Under the pieces are notes generated by a model. The model had not been told where the DNA came from, ran no database searches, and saw nothing but the letters and a program-made list of their open reading frames with translations. A stretch of DNA of 35,895 bases, taken from NCBI RefSeq assembly GCF_000181795.1, contig NW_003526944.1:4257754-4293648 (forward strand), read 5' to 3'. The position numbers and the translations under genes are program-made. The DNA is from Trichinella spiralis. Its lineage: Eukaryota. Shown here piece by piece: positions 1-14,739 of this stretch; within the stretch, counting starts at the first letter, position 1, and each line of letters begins with the position of its first letter.

Positions 1-76
1 CACTTTATTGCAACCGGTTGCCAGCTGCTCTGGGGCCGCAATTAAATCGGCTATAAATGAACAGCGTTGAAGCCTT

Positions 77-1140
77 ACAGTAAGCTAGTTATAAGCAACA
101 AGTGCTTCTTCTTTTTGTTTTCATTTTCACCATCATCATCAACATCATCTTCATCTTATCCTTCTTCTTCTTCTTCTAATTCTTCCACTTCTCCTTCTCA
201 TTCTTTTTCTATTTCTTCTCCTTCTTCTTCCAGTTCATTTTCGTATTCACTGTGCTCTATTGTTCTGTCTGAAGTTAGCATAAAGTGGTAATCAATTGTT
301 AAACAAGCCGCAATTGATCTGCTTTGCGCAATACTGTAACAGGCTGTATTCTTGAGACCAATCAGAGTTTCTTATTAAAGTAGATGATGTATACTGTAGC
401 GCTGGACTATTGCATGTTCCCAGGTGAGCACGGCAATCGGTAAATGGGATTACCGATCCGCTTTGTTTCTCATGATGGTCAATTCAATTATTTCCATTAT
501 TCATCAGCTTGTTCAGCTTTTAAGTCAAAAGATTTTTATTATCAAATTTAGCTGGATGTAATTCTCAGATAGCGTTTGTAATAATGAATGTTTTTTCTGA
601 CAGAATAACTAACAGAGTGAAGTTGAACTTTTTCAAAATGACAGACTATCTTTTACAAATTTACACATTAAACAAGCAGATGAAGTATTTGCAATTTTTC
701 GCACTCAAGAACAAACAATATTTCTTGTTAACGCATATACATAGCTACTTTCTAGTTCATAATAACTTTTTTACAGAACTGCACACAGGGTTCTTTTAAT
801 TAGATGTCAATGTGTAGATTTATAAAGATGAATTGCTTTAATCATTGTCACCATAAGCTGAAAATAGGCAGTTAACAACAATTCATCGAATTGCACATTT
901 AAAGCTTTTCGATACATGGTGACGCTATTCACTTTAATCAGAATGAAGTTATTCACTTGTTCTGGAATTGTTTGTCCGCTATTCATCTTTGAAGTTTATC
1001 AATTCTTGAATTTGTCAAACTATTGTTGAAATCGACGAATCTTTTTCTAATTATTACTAGCTTAATGTGTCGAGATGAATTTAATAAACGAACGGATTGA
1101 TTTTCCTGGAGTGAGTGCCCCTCAGGCGTCTGCGCGTACG
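77..1140 (-). pseudogene. Possible decayed gene downstream of CCT4 with an acidic (E/D-rich) tract
   Basis: Minus-strand translation of ~77-290 gives EYENELEEEGEEIEKE*EGEVEELEEEEG*DEDDVDDDGENENKKKK, with two in-frame stops. Other ~55-60 codon open stretches lie at ~295-480 and ~810-990. No family recognised. Confidence 0.3.
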
Positions 1141-1300
1141 AGTAATTCAATTTGGTTACGGTATTTTTTATTCATTTTTTTCGAACAACAAGCAAACAAT
1201 ACTCTCTATTCAAAAATTCCTTTATTGAACTGATGATATCAGTACAGTCCAAAATGTGACTAATGAATGAATCACCACATTTTAAGCAGACAGACTGGAT

Positions 1301-3760
1301 CTAAATATCGCGAGTCGCTCTGAGCTAAAAAAGAGGAATTATTTAAAAAAAGGTTAAAAACATTTTAAAGTATAAATTACAATGTCGTCAATTTTCAATA
1401 TCGAACGCACTGCCTCACTAGCCAATGTCAATGCGCTGATAGTTACCAAAGCAGGCTGCACGACGTTCTCCTCATACATGCTCGTGATGCATCCCTTACA
1501 TTGAAAATTTATCTATCTATCATGAACAAACGAGAATAACAAAACCAAAATTCACCTTTCGAACATTGATGCCTGCTGCACTGTCTCCGTTGACATGTCT
1601 GTGACGCAATTCAGTTATTGTTTCAATTGGTCTCAAACCTGCATTCTCTGCCAATGTGTACGGAATCACTTCTAACGCATCAGCGAAGCTTTGAAAAACG
1701 AATGACAACATGCCCGGATGTTCAAGGGCCAAACTTCTCAAACGACACGCCACTTCCATTTCCGGCGCACCACCACCACATATCAAAAGTCTACAACAAA
1801 CAACATTCCGTTCCATTTCTCGCATTATCGCATTTGCAAAAAATGGATTACTTCTTCTTGTATAAACAACGAAGCACAGCAAGCGCATCATGCAACGAAC
1901 GTTCTGCTTCGTCCAGCACAAGTCGATTGGAACCACGCAGCACTATTGACGCTGTTTTACCTGGATTCTGCACGCCAGTAAATTGAATAAGTCGTTCTCC
2001 AGAATCTAATCGGATTTCTTCAACCAAATCTGCATATCCCAAAGCCTCCGGTACGAAATGATCCAAGCTGGCCACTGGTCGGCATCCCAAACTCTGAAAT
2101 TTATCACGATAATTTACAATTAACAGTTGCATGTCAAGTTTCATACCGTCATCACAAATCGGATATCTTCACGTTCTATATCTTTAATTACCATGATCTT
2201 CAATTTCGCCAGATAGTGCAGAGATAGTTCAGTAACGGCATCACTAAAACTTTAAAAGTTGCAAAACTGTTGTAGAGTAATAATGTTTACCGTAAAATGG
2301 ATTTCTGCAATAGAAGCACATTACATCCTGCCTTCTTGATCTGCTTACATATATTCAAAATATAATCGCGTTCTTCACGCAACTGTCGATCCATCTGCGA
2401 GTAGTCGTTTAATACAACTTCAAAATTCATCTAAAATTAATGACGCATATAAATCATTTAATGACTAAGCATCAAAAATCAGTGCCCTACATCAGGCTTC
2501 GGTGGAGATATATGAAACTGAATTAAACCAATTTTTGCTTTTTCCATTCTTTTCGGAGCTCCTGGTGCACCAACTGTGTGAGTATCCAAAACTGTTCCAT
2601 TTACCATGTAAGAGTCTTCAATAGTACCTCTTTAAATAAAAATCAAACTGGTTAAACCTTAACGCTTAAAGTTTCATTTGCAACGCAAACCCCAATTTTT
2701 TGACCACTTTGATCAAATTCAGAGATGCATTATCTTCTCCAAAAGTGGCTACTTTTTTCACCGCTTCTACTGCCATAGGCGCAAGCTGACGAGCATGAGA
2801 TGACACCACCTACATATATAGAGAGCAATATAATATCATATAGTTAATTTAATTTAATTTTCATATCAAAAGTGAATAAATACCTTTGAATTCAAGCTGG
2901 TTTTTGCAATCTTCTGCATCAGCTCATTGTCATTTATATCCACTGGCTTGGACATTCCGACGACAACTTCCTCAGCTATTTTAGTAGCTTCCAAAAAACT
3001 TTCTGATATTAATGTTGGATGTAAGCCTACAATACCCATTAATTAAACTAACAAAAAAAAGAAATAAATAACAACAGAACCTTTCTCATAAAGTTTTCCA
3101 GCAGCCTCAAGAAGCTGACCTGCAATAACTACCACAGTGCTAGTTCCATCACCAGCCTCGATGTCTTGAGCTTTGGCCAACTGAACCAACTACAAATGCA
3201 AAAATATTTTATAAAACTCGGTTTAGCATAAGTAAATAATATTTCATACACATATATAACATTAATAATATACATAAAAATAAAAAATAAATATTCAAAT
3301 GTAAAAGGAGCCTATATAACATTTAACATAAATCTATACAATAAATCTTAGCCAAAAATTACCATTTGTGCGGCCGGATGCAATACATGCATTTCATTTA
3401 AAATAGTCGCACCATCATTTGATATTAGAATTTCACCAGACGATTGTTCAATCTTAATAACAAAAACATTATATATAAATTTACTTGAACAAACAAAAAT
3501 TATGCAATAATACCATTTTGTCCATTCCTTTAGGACCAAGACTGGTGCGAATTGCGTCGGCTACAGCTAAAATAATATACATACGTATAATTCTCATGAT
3601 TAAGGTATGAAAGTTAAGGAATTGCTTTACAACTGTCTTATAAACGTTTCTTATAACCCGTAAACTTACCTTTTGCAGCGACAATGTTGCTGTTACGCAT
3701 CTCTCTGTCTTTTGTAACATCTTTAAATGAACCTTGCTTTGTCTTCGATTGAGAAGCCAT
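1301..3760 (-). CDS. CCT4: T-complex protein 1 subunit delta (CCT4), multi-exon
   Basis: ATG at 3760. Spliced translation reads [66 protein letters not shown]...[17 protein letters not shown]...[21 protein letters not shown]...GGGAPEME...[18 protein letters not shown]...ILKIDDI|LRATRDI*, with stop TAG at 1301-1303. GT-AG introns. [27 protein letters not shown] and VASLDHF are typical of the delta subunit. Confidence 0.95.
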
Positions 3761-5668
3761 TGGAGTGAAATAATAACAAATGCAAATCACACTTGCTCAC
3801 AGAAAAGTAGAGATATAAAATACCTACAGTAAGAAGGTTCAATTAGAATAAGATTTTTACTGTAGATTCATTAAAACTTTAAGCCATAGCAAAATATAAA
3901 AAGATAATATTGATGCGAATCTTTTTCAAAATAAAATTAAAATAAAAACATTTTATGACAAGTACAAATTAGTTTTGCATAAGTTACAGCAAAATTACTT
4001 ATATACTTTAAAACATAAATGTTAAATATGCTTGGTAAATGGGCGCATCAGAAAATGTTAATGGTCATTAAAAAATCTCACAATTCTTCCAGAGCTAAGT
4101 TATTCACAAGTTAATACTGTAAGCGCAATTTCATAAGGCACATGTAAACGATAATTTAACTGCTTTTTCAACGATTTTATAAAAGTTACAATAAATTTCA
4201 AGTTTCAGTATATAAAAAATTTTTTCTATAAAATTTTCTATATGAATTAAAAAGTTTTTATATTTACGTTATATGTTAAATAAAAACGCTGCAATCCACT
4301 CAGCGTGGTGCGATTTTATGCAATTGTGTAATTGAGCATGCTGTTTACTTTCTGCCTGCTGTTTCAACTGGTAGGAAATAATTTTGAATGCCTGTTACTC
4401 ATTTTTATTTTAGTTTTGTCACAAGGTTCTTATTGATAATTTTTTAGAACTTTATCTTGAATTTCTTAAACTTAAAGGAATTCTGTACCTATTTTAAAAC
4501 TTCATTTAAAATATATCATTATTTATTTAAATAAAAAAATTTTTAATAAATGCATTCAGTATTTAAAAGCTTGACATATCAAATAAAGCAGTTTGCCTAT
4601 TAAGTAAAATAGTGCATAAATCAAAGATGCCTCTTGAAAATAAATTAAAAGTATACCGTAATCATTTTCAATGAATAGCAGATGGTTGTGAAGATAAAGC
4701 AGTGTAATTTTTAATGTTTTCTTATATTCATTTCATTAATTTTTTGTAATAAACTTGTACTCTAGTGTTTTTCGTGATGTTTTGCATGTATGCTTTCATT
4801 GGCATGATTAGCAGGGCTTTCAGGCAAAATGTTTTCCCTTGCTACAATTCTGTTTATTGTTGACAAGCTTGCTTTATTGTTATTTAGTTTTACTTTGTTC
4901 GATTTTTTGGGCTTTTAGTTTTGTGGACTGTCCGAGCGTTGTTCAGTTATCAAATTTGACAACGGGAGTTTTGCTGAAGCACTTGGAAAGAAAATGTTTG
5001 GTTCAGTAAGTGAGGCCATAAGGTGTATCTTTGATTTTATTTTACACAGAAAGTCCGGTGTACTTATGTAAAAATGAGTTTTATATTTCCTTTAGACAAA
5101 TTTTAATTTGTTGCTCGGTGAGTGATTATTTTGTTAATTGAATTGAAAATAAACCATTTAATTGCAGTTTTTAACAATAATAATTACTTTTATTCTCCTA
5201 TTCATTTATTAAAACTCATTTGATTTAATTATTTAGCGATTTCCGAAAGTACAGTTTCTTTGCTGTAAACGGTTGTAATAGCTCTGCCTTTGGGGTAGTA
5301 GATGAAAAAATGAAAGACTCATTATAGGTGTATATATTATAACCTGAGGGTTTTACTATTTGTGACAGTAAAGATGCACATCGATTTTTTCGAATTGATT
5401 TGTGATTTGAGTTGTTTTTTACAGATCTAAATGCTTACGTGTGTAATGTTTTTCCCGGCATATATGATTAATGAAGATACTATTATTGAGCATTTTGCAT
5501 TTTTTGTTGCTTGCTATATTATATGCCCAAGCTGTATTACCTATCGATCAGTATTTTCGCATACTGAACTGTATCGTCGTTAATGTTTAGCAAGCTGATT
5601 TTACGATTATTTTATTTAATGTTTAGAATCGTTCAAAAGAACGTGCACGTCCGCCAGTTTCTTTGAAA
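3761..5668. promoter_or_regulatory. Divergent (head-to-head) intergenic region between CCT4 and the ArfGAP gene, probably including 5' UTR exons
   Basis: Gene orientations. Donor-like sites on the plus strand (gtaagt ~5006, gtgagt ~5118) and an acceptor (tttag ~5626) precede the ArfGAP ATG. Confidence 0.5.
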
Positions 5669-8108
5669 ATGAGTAATTCGAAAAAGAAGCAGGACGATAA
5701 AAATTTGAAACTTCTTCGTGAGCTTGCTGCTCTTCCGAAAAATAAGCAGTGCTTTGATTGTTATCAACGTGGACCGACATACATCGACATGACAATTGGT
5801 TCTTTTGTTTGCACATCTTGCAGTGGACTGTTGTAAATTTTTATTATGATTATAGTGAATTTCGATTTCTTTTAATATATGCATATAAATGTATTTAGGC
5901 GAGGTCTCAATCCCCCACATCGCGTAAAATCGATATCCATGGCAACTTTTACGCCTGATGAAATTGATTTTATCAAAAGCAGAGGAAATGAAGTAAGTCC
6001 AATTTGTTTTTTATTGAAGAAGTTTTAACGTAAATTTTTTAAACTAATTTGTTAGTTGCGTAAGAACATTACTTTTGAAATATTTTATTTTAGAACTTCG
6101 GCGTAGGGGGTTGTATTGTTTAATAAGTGATTCAAAGGCGTACATATAAATGTAAATATGTGTATTTCGCAGCAATAAAAAATAATGAGTCTGTCGGTAG
6201 ATCGGCATTACACTTTTGCATTTTATTTCGGTAATTTCGCATGTATTATTTCTACTTTGGAAGGATTCTTATTGGCGAAATTATTTAAATTAAAATTTTT
6301 GATTGAAGTTGCATAGTAGTATATTCATTGATTTTTTTAATTTTTTGTCAGAAGTAACAAATGCTGCAGGTATTGGAACATTACCGTATAGTGATAATCA
6401 AGTACAATTCATTGAAATGACCACTACGTTTTAAAGTTTCAAATTAAAACTTTTTAATTTAAAAGCAACGTCAATTCAAGTTTTGAAATAATTGAAATAT
6501 ATTTCACTGATCTAATCACATATGAGTAAATGAGGTAATTTATTGCACATCACGGCAATAATGTAGTCAGTTCATTTTTTTGACATTTAGTATTGTCAAA
6601 ATGTTTGGATGGGGCGGTACGACAAGCGACGTGGCTTAGATGAACGGTCTTTCAAAGATGAAACGCAGATGAAAGATTTTTTGATTCTGGTTAGCTAACG
6701 AAAATGCTTTATGATGAAAAGTTGGGGATTCATGTTTTTTTTCAGAAATATGAAAAAAAACGATGGTTTGTCAGCCCATCGGAAAGTGGCCTAACGAAGA
6801 CTTGCACTGCACCTAGCAGCAGCGTGACGGATACTCTTGTGGAAACTGGTGGAACATCGACAACTCAATCGAGTTCAACATCGGTAGGATTGTCTGCTGC
6901 GCAGCAAAGGCCCAAGCCAACGCAAAATCTGTTGGGAAAGTCTGCTTTTGCTCCTGGCGAATTGCATCCAATTACATTACCAACAACTACTGTAAGCCTT
7001 TATTTAGTTTTGCAGACTGTGAATGAAAAATGCGAAATTTTAATTTTAGACAAACAATAAATTATTGGTGGACTTTGATGCTGATCCATTTGCCAGTGCC
7101 CCTTCTGGTATTTTTGTTGCTGTATTTTTATAATTTAAATTTTCATTTGAAATAATTTTGCTCCTGTAGAAATGGTGCAAGCGGCGGATAAAATGAATTT
7201 TGCAAATTTTGCGAGTTTTGAAAGTCAGAATTCGTTGTTAGTGCCGTTGGAAGCTGCTTCGGGAAATCTCGCATCCGATTTGAAAGGTGATACATAAATG
7301 ATTTTAAAGCAAAATCAGTCGCATCATAAAGATTAAATTTGAAATCAGGTGGCATGACGAAATCTACAACGCTTCCAGTGAACATAAATTGTGAGAAATC
7401 GGTGACATCGGCAGATAAATATTCCGCTTTAGCTGAATTGGACGAGTTGTTTCGCGTTGATGCAAATTTAGCTAAGATGACTCAATCGACTGGAAATTTA
7501 GCGAATGGTATGTTTCAGAACTTTTTGTTTTTTACATGCAGATAAATATTTTTGGACATTAAGGTGCGAATACATTCTCTGGTTATAATTCATCACAGCC
7601 AACGTATTCGACAGTAAATACTGGCATGAAAGGTACAATTATTAGTTGATGATATGAGTTTATTATTAGTAATAGTTGTTTTTTGCAGGCATGCATGCAC
7701 ATTCTTTCTTCGGTTCTCAGCCGGCTGCAAGCTTTTCGTCTGCACAAACTAATGTAGATCCTTTCAGCAATTTGACTACTTTGGCCTCTGTTCCTTGGAA
7801 TCCTTTTTTTACTAATCAATCTAGCGAGGATAATTTGAGCAAAAGCATGCAAGGCGGAAGCGGTAGTAGCACGTTGTTTGCCGCAAATATGCAGACAGCG
7901 AATGTAAACGCACAACATTTCAGCGGCCAGCTAGGCAGTCCTGCTTCAACAATAATGCAGCAATCTGTAAGAATTTTTGTTTTTAAATTGTTCGTCAGAA
8001 TTAAACAGCACAATTTCTTTTCCCACAGCTTGCATTGAACTTTTGTTTGTTTTCTAGGAGAAACATCCATCTCAAAAGGATGCATCGAGCTGGAATCCAT
8101 TTTTGTAA
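5669..8108 (+). CDS. AGFG1: Arf-GAP domain and FG-repeat protein (AGFG1/HRB/drongo-like), multi-exon
   Basis: Spliced translation MSNSKKKQDDKNLKLLRELAALPKNKQCFDCYQRGPTYIDMTIGSFVCTSCSGLL|RGLNPPHRVKSISMATFTPDEIDFIKSRGNE|YCQNVW...|KYEKKRWF contains the CxxC-x16-CxxC ArfGAP zinc finger. Also a DKYSALAELD motif, DPF/NPF motifs and C-terminal WNPFL* (TAA 8106-8108), as in AGFG1. Confidence 0.92.
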
Positions 8109-8566
8109 GTGTCACTTATGGTTGAGGAGGAAAGGATCATTCTAATAAATGGTGTTGATATCCGGTATATCAGCAGTTTTTGCGTAAGCTGTTGAAAACA
8201 ACATTCAACATGGCAATTGAACCGATTCAGCGTTCATCTGAATGCATTGCAATGAATTCTAACGATTTTATAATGCCAATATTGTGGACTTGTCGAATGC
8301 ATTTTTCCATCTTCAGTCTTTTTTCAACTCTAACAATATTTTGCTCTGTGGTCATAATTTTTTACAGTATGATCCGTATTTTATAATTCACTATAAATAA
8401 GTAAAAGTACAACAAGTTTTTATTTTGTTGATTTTATGATTTAAAAAAAAACTGATATGTATTCAGCGAAAATTTTGGATTTAATTTGGGTATTTTGCCA
8501 TCGTTGACTGGTACTTTACGCCGGTTAACGGCGGGCGGTGGTGCATTAGCGTTCATTGCGCGGCTG

Positions 8567-8580
8567 GTAGCCATGGGAAC
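8567..8580. promoter_or_regulatory. X-box (RFX/DAF-19 binding site) upstream of the MAK/DYF-5 kinase
   Basis: GTAGCC-AT-GGGAAC matches the X-box consensus GTHNYY-AT-RRNAAC exactly and lies ~330 bp upstream of the kinase ATG. C. elegans dyf-5 is a known X-box gene. Confidence 0.75.
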
Positions 8581-8771
8581 GACGTCAGCGGATTGAATCT
8601 CGTTCCCATGGTTGTTCCAACGTTGCCGGCAAGCTGTGTTTGCTTGCATCCGAGTTCGAGTTGTTTGCAAAAATGTTTCTCTCTTATTTCAACACGCCAC
8701 TTTGTCACGTTGCATGTCAGGTATGCTTACTGTAGAAAAGTTGACGATCACGAATTATCGTTATTTGGATC

Positions 8772-8787
8772 GTGTGTGTGTGTGTGT
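8772..8787. repeat. (GT)n microsatellite in probable 5' UTR intron (8721-8846)
   Basis: gtgtgtgtgtgtgtgt lies between donor cag|gtatgc and acceptor ctgcag|. Confidence 0.85.
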
Positions 8788-8908
8788 TGAGGATAATTTT
8801 TTGTCGTTTGTTTGTTTTTTTTCAGTTTTGAATTTGTAATCTGCAGTGGCGTTATTTTTGGAATGGCAAATTAGCGGCTGCTCATTGTACAAAAGTTGCT
8901 CAATTATT

Positions 8909-12735
<3,827 letters not shown>

Positions 12736-12991
12736 AATTGCTATTTCTTATTTATACTTTTCCGTTTTATTTAAATTCACTGCTGAATGAATTTCACTTC
12801 TAGGGTTGCTTTAGATTGATTTTCAAGCTGACCAGTTGGAAAAATAAGGTTACAGCCTTGAAATTATTTCTTGCAGTTCGGTTAGAAATAATTTATCGAC
12901 AATCCTCTGAAAGTAAATAATTCATTCATCCGTAGAATTTATCTATTTAAACATTTAACAATTTAATTTAATCTTGTTTGTCATCAAAAGC

Positions 12992-13019
12992 TTTATTATT
13001 ATTATTATTATTATTATTA
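12992..13019. repeat. (ATT)n microsatellite
   Basis: ttattattattattattattattatta. Confidence 0.9.
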
Positions 13020-13479
13020 CGTTAAGTGAATTGGAAAAACTCTCAAATTCTTCCTCGAATATATGCTCAGATGCGCTTTTTAGAAAGCGAAATTGATTGA
13101 ATAAAATTAATTCTACTGTTTTGTTGCTCTGTTTGGTGCAGCATTTTTTGAAAATTATATATATAATTGGTAATATCAAAAAGTTAATTTTTTTTCAATA
13201 AATGAAATCAATGAAATGTTGTTGTCAACAATGCAAAGCTGAATTATTAGACTGTAATAAATTTTTAATCAATGAGATTAATATGAGTGAGATTGCAACA
13301 AGTCATACAGTGCCTGCTCTGCAGTACGTTAAGCAAACAAGAATTTTCAGGACTTTTAATATAAAATCACACCAAAAGGATTATATGAGTTGGAATTTTA
13401 CAATAGCAATTATTATGTTATTCTCGGCTACAATACACCATTGAATTTAAGAAAAAACAATTTAAACGAAGTGATAAAA

Positions 13480-14050
13480 TGAGTCTGGACTACTTAAACA
13501 CTTTCATGGTGGCATTTCTTGTTACTTCAGGGTCTCCTTACACCTGTATGCATTGCATGACTCTCTTGAAACAGAAGTACAATGTGTTGCATACGTACAA
13601 TAGTGGAAAAAGTAATATAAAACGCTGTGAAAAACGGCACGTGATGTGGGGGGGGGGGGAAATAAATGCATTTTCATAATCAACATGTTAAAAGTACCCA
13701 AAATCAGCTAATACTTGGGAGACTTCCAAAACCATGTTGACCAGAAGTAATTTGATGGTCAAATATGATGACGGTATTTTGCTGAAAGAAGTTTGGCCAT
13801 ACGGATTTGGAAAAATTTCCCAGATGTAAAGATTGCTTGAATAACTGATTTTCTCTAATCGTTGGCCAGTGCTACTGAATGAAGGTACAAAATGGAAATT
13901 TACATAAGAATTCAATTCTGCTGTTTTCTTAATGACCTTCAGTTGAAATTTCATGGTCTACAACGGCAACAGAATTGAAGACGTATTCAAAGGAAAGCAG
14001 GACAAGCATCAATGTTTTAATTCCAATTGGTCAATCACTTTATAAAACTG
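13480..14050 (+). mobile_element. Decayed hAT (Buster/Charlie, GTF2IRD2-like) transposase relic
   Basis: Across frames: TPVCIA*...KSNIKRCEKRH resembles the N-terminal PxCxxC...NxxRH...H zinc finger. IA*ITDFL and FLNDLQLKFHG resemble LAFLxD...HLNxLNxxLQG. Many stops and frameshifts. Confidence 0.4.
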
Positions 14051-14739
14051 CACAAAAGATTATCTCAAAATGGTGGAAAGTTGACTATTTCCGTAAGCTG
14101 CATTTTATTTTTGAATTGCACCAACAATGGATATTCAATTTATGATTATTTAACATAACTAAATTATGCATTAAATCTCTTTTGTGTGAAATTTCATGTT
14201 TATGTTCAACAGCAGTTTGTTAGGATATTAAAATTTTTTATAAGAAAATAAATATATTGCAAACTAATTACTATTAAAAGTAAAATACTTTAATCATAAA
14301 AATGAGCTTCTGGCAGAAGTTGAATATTTTATATCTTATATTTAGTTGAGGTGCTATAAAAATTTATAATTCAATAGGAAATCTAATTCAGCGTTGAGTT
14401 GTATCTCAGAACGCTTAGCGCGTACTATGCAAATCAACGTTGCTTAAAGCCCGTTTCTTTGGTAGCGAGTATCTTTTATTCATTTCACGTATAACTAGAT
14501 TCACCGTATTATATTTCATCAATTTTTTTTGAAAATCAAAGTCACTTAAAATTTCTGAAACAAATATTATTAAATATGAATTATTCTTTTGATATTCAAA
14601 AAGTGCATAAATTAAGTGAAATTCAATTGTTTCAAATTAATATTATTCATGACATTTGGTGTAATGAGGGCAAATAGAAGAGTTAAACTGAGCTAAGAAA
14701 CTATGAAATAACATTTCAATAAAATATAGTCGAAGTATG

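Noticed and set aside
1618..1986. Plus-strand ORFs over CCT4, and similar antisense ORFs over AGFG1 and MAK
   Set aside because: Shadow frames of real exons with no recognisable motifs.
3344..3358. atcttagccaaaa matches the reverse complement of part of the U2 snRNA 5' region
   Set aside because: Only ~13 nt, inside an AT-rich CCT4 intron, with no flanking U2 similarity.
3832..3850. GAAggTTC heat-shock-element-like motif upstream of CCT4
   Set aside because: Only two in-phase nGAAn units, which is expected by chance.
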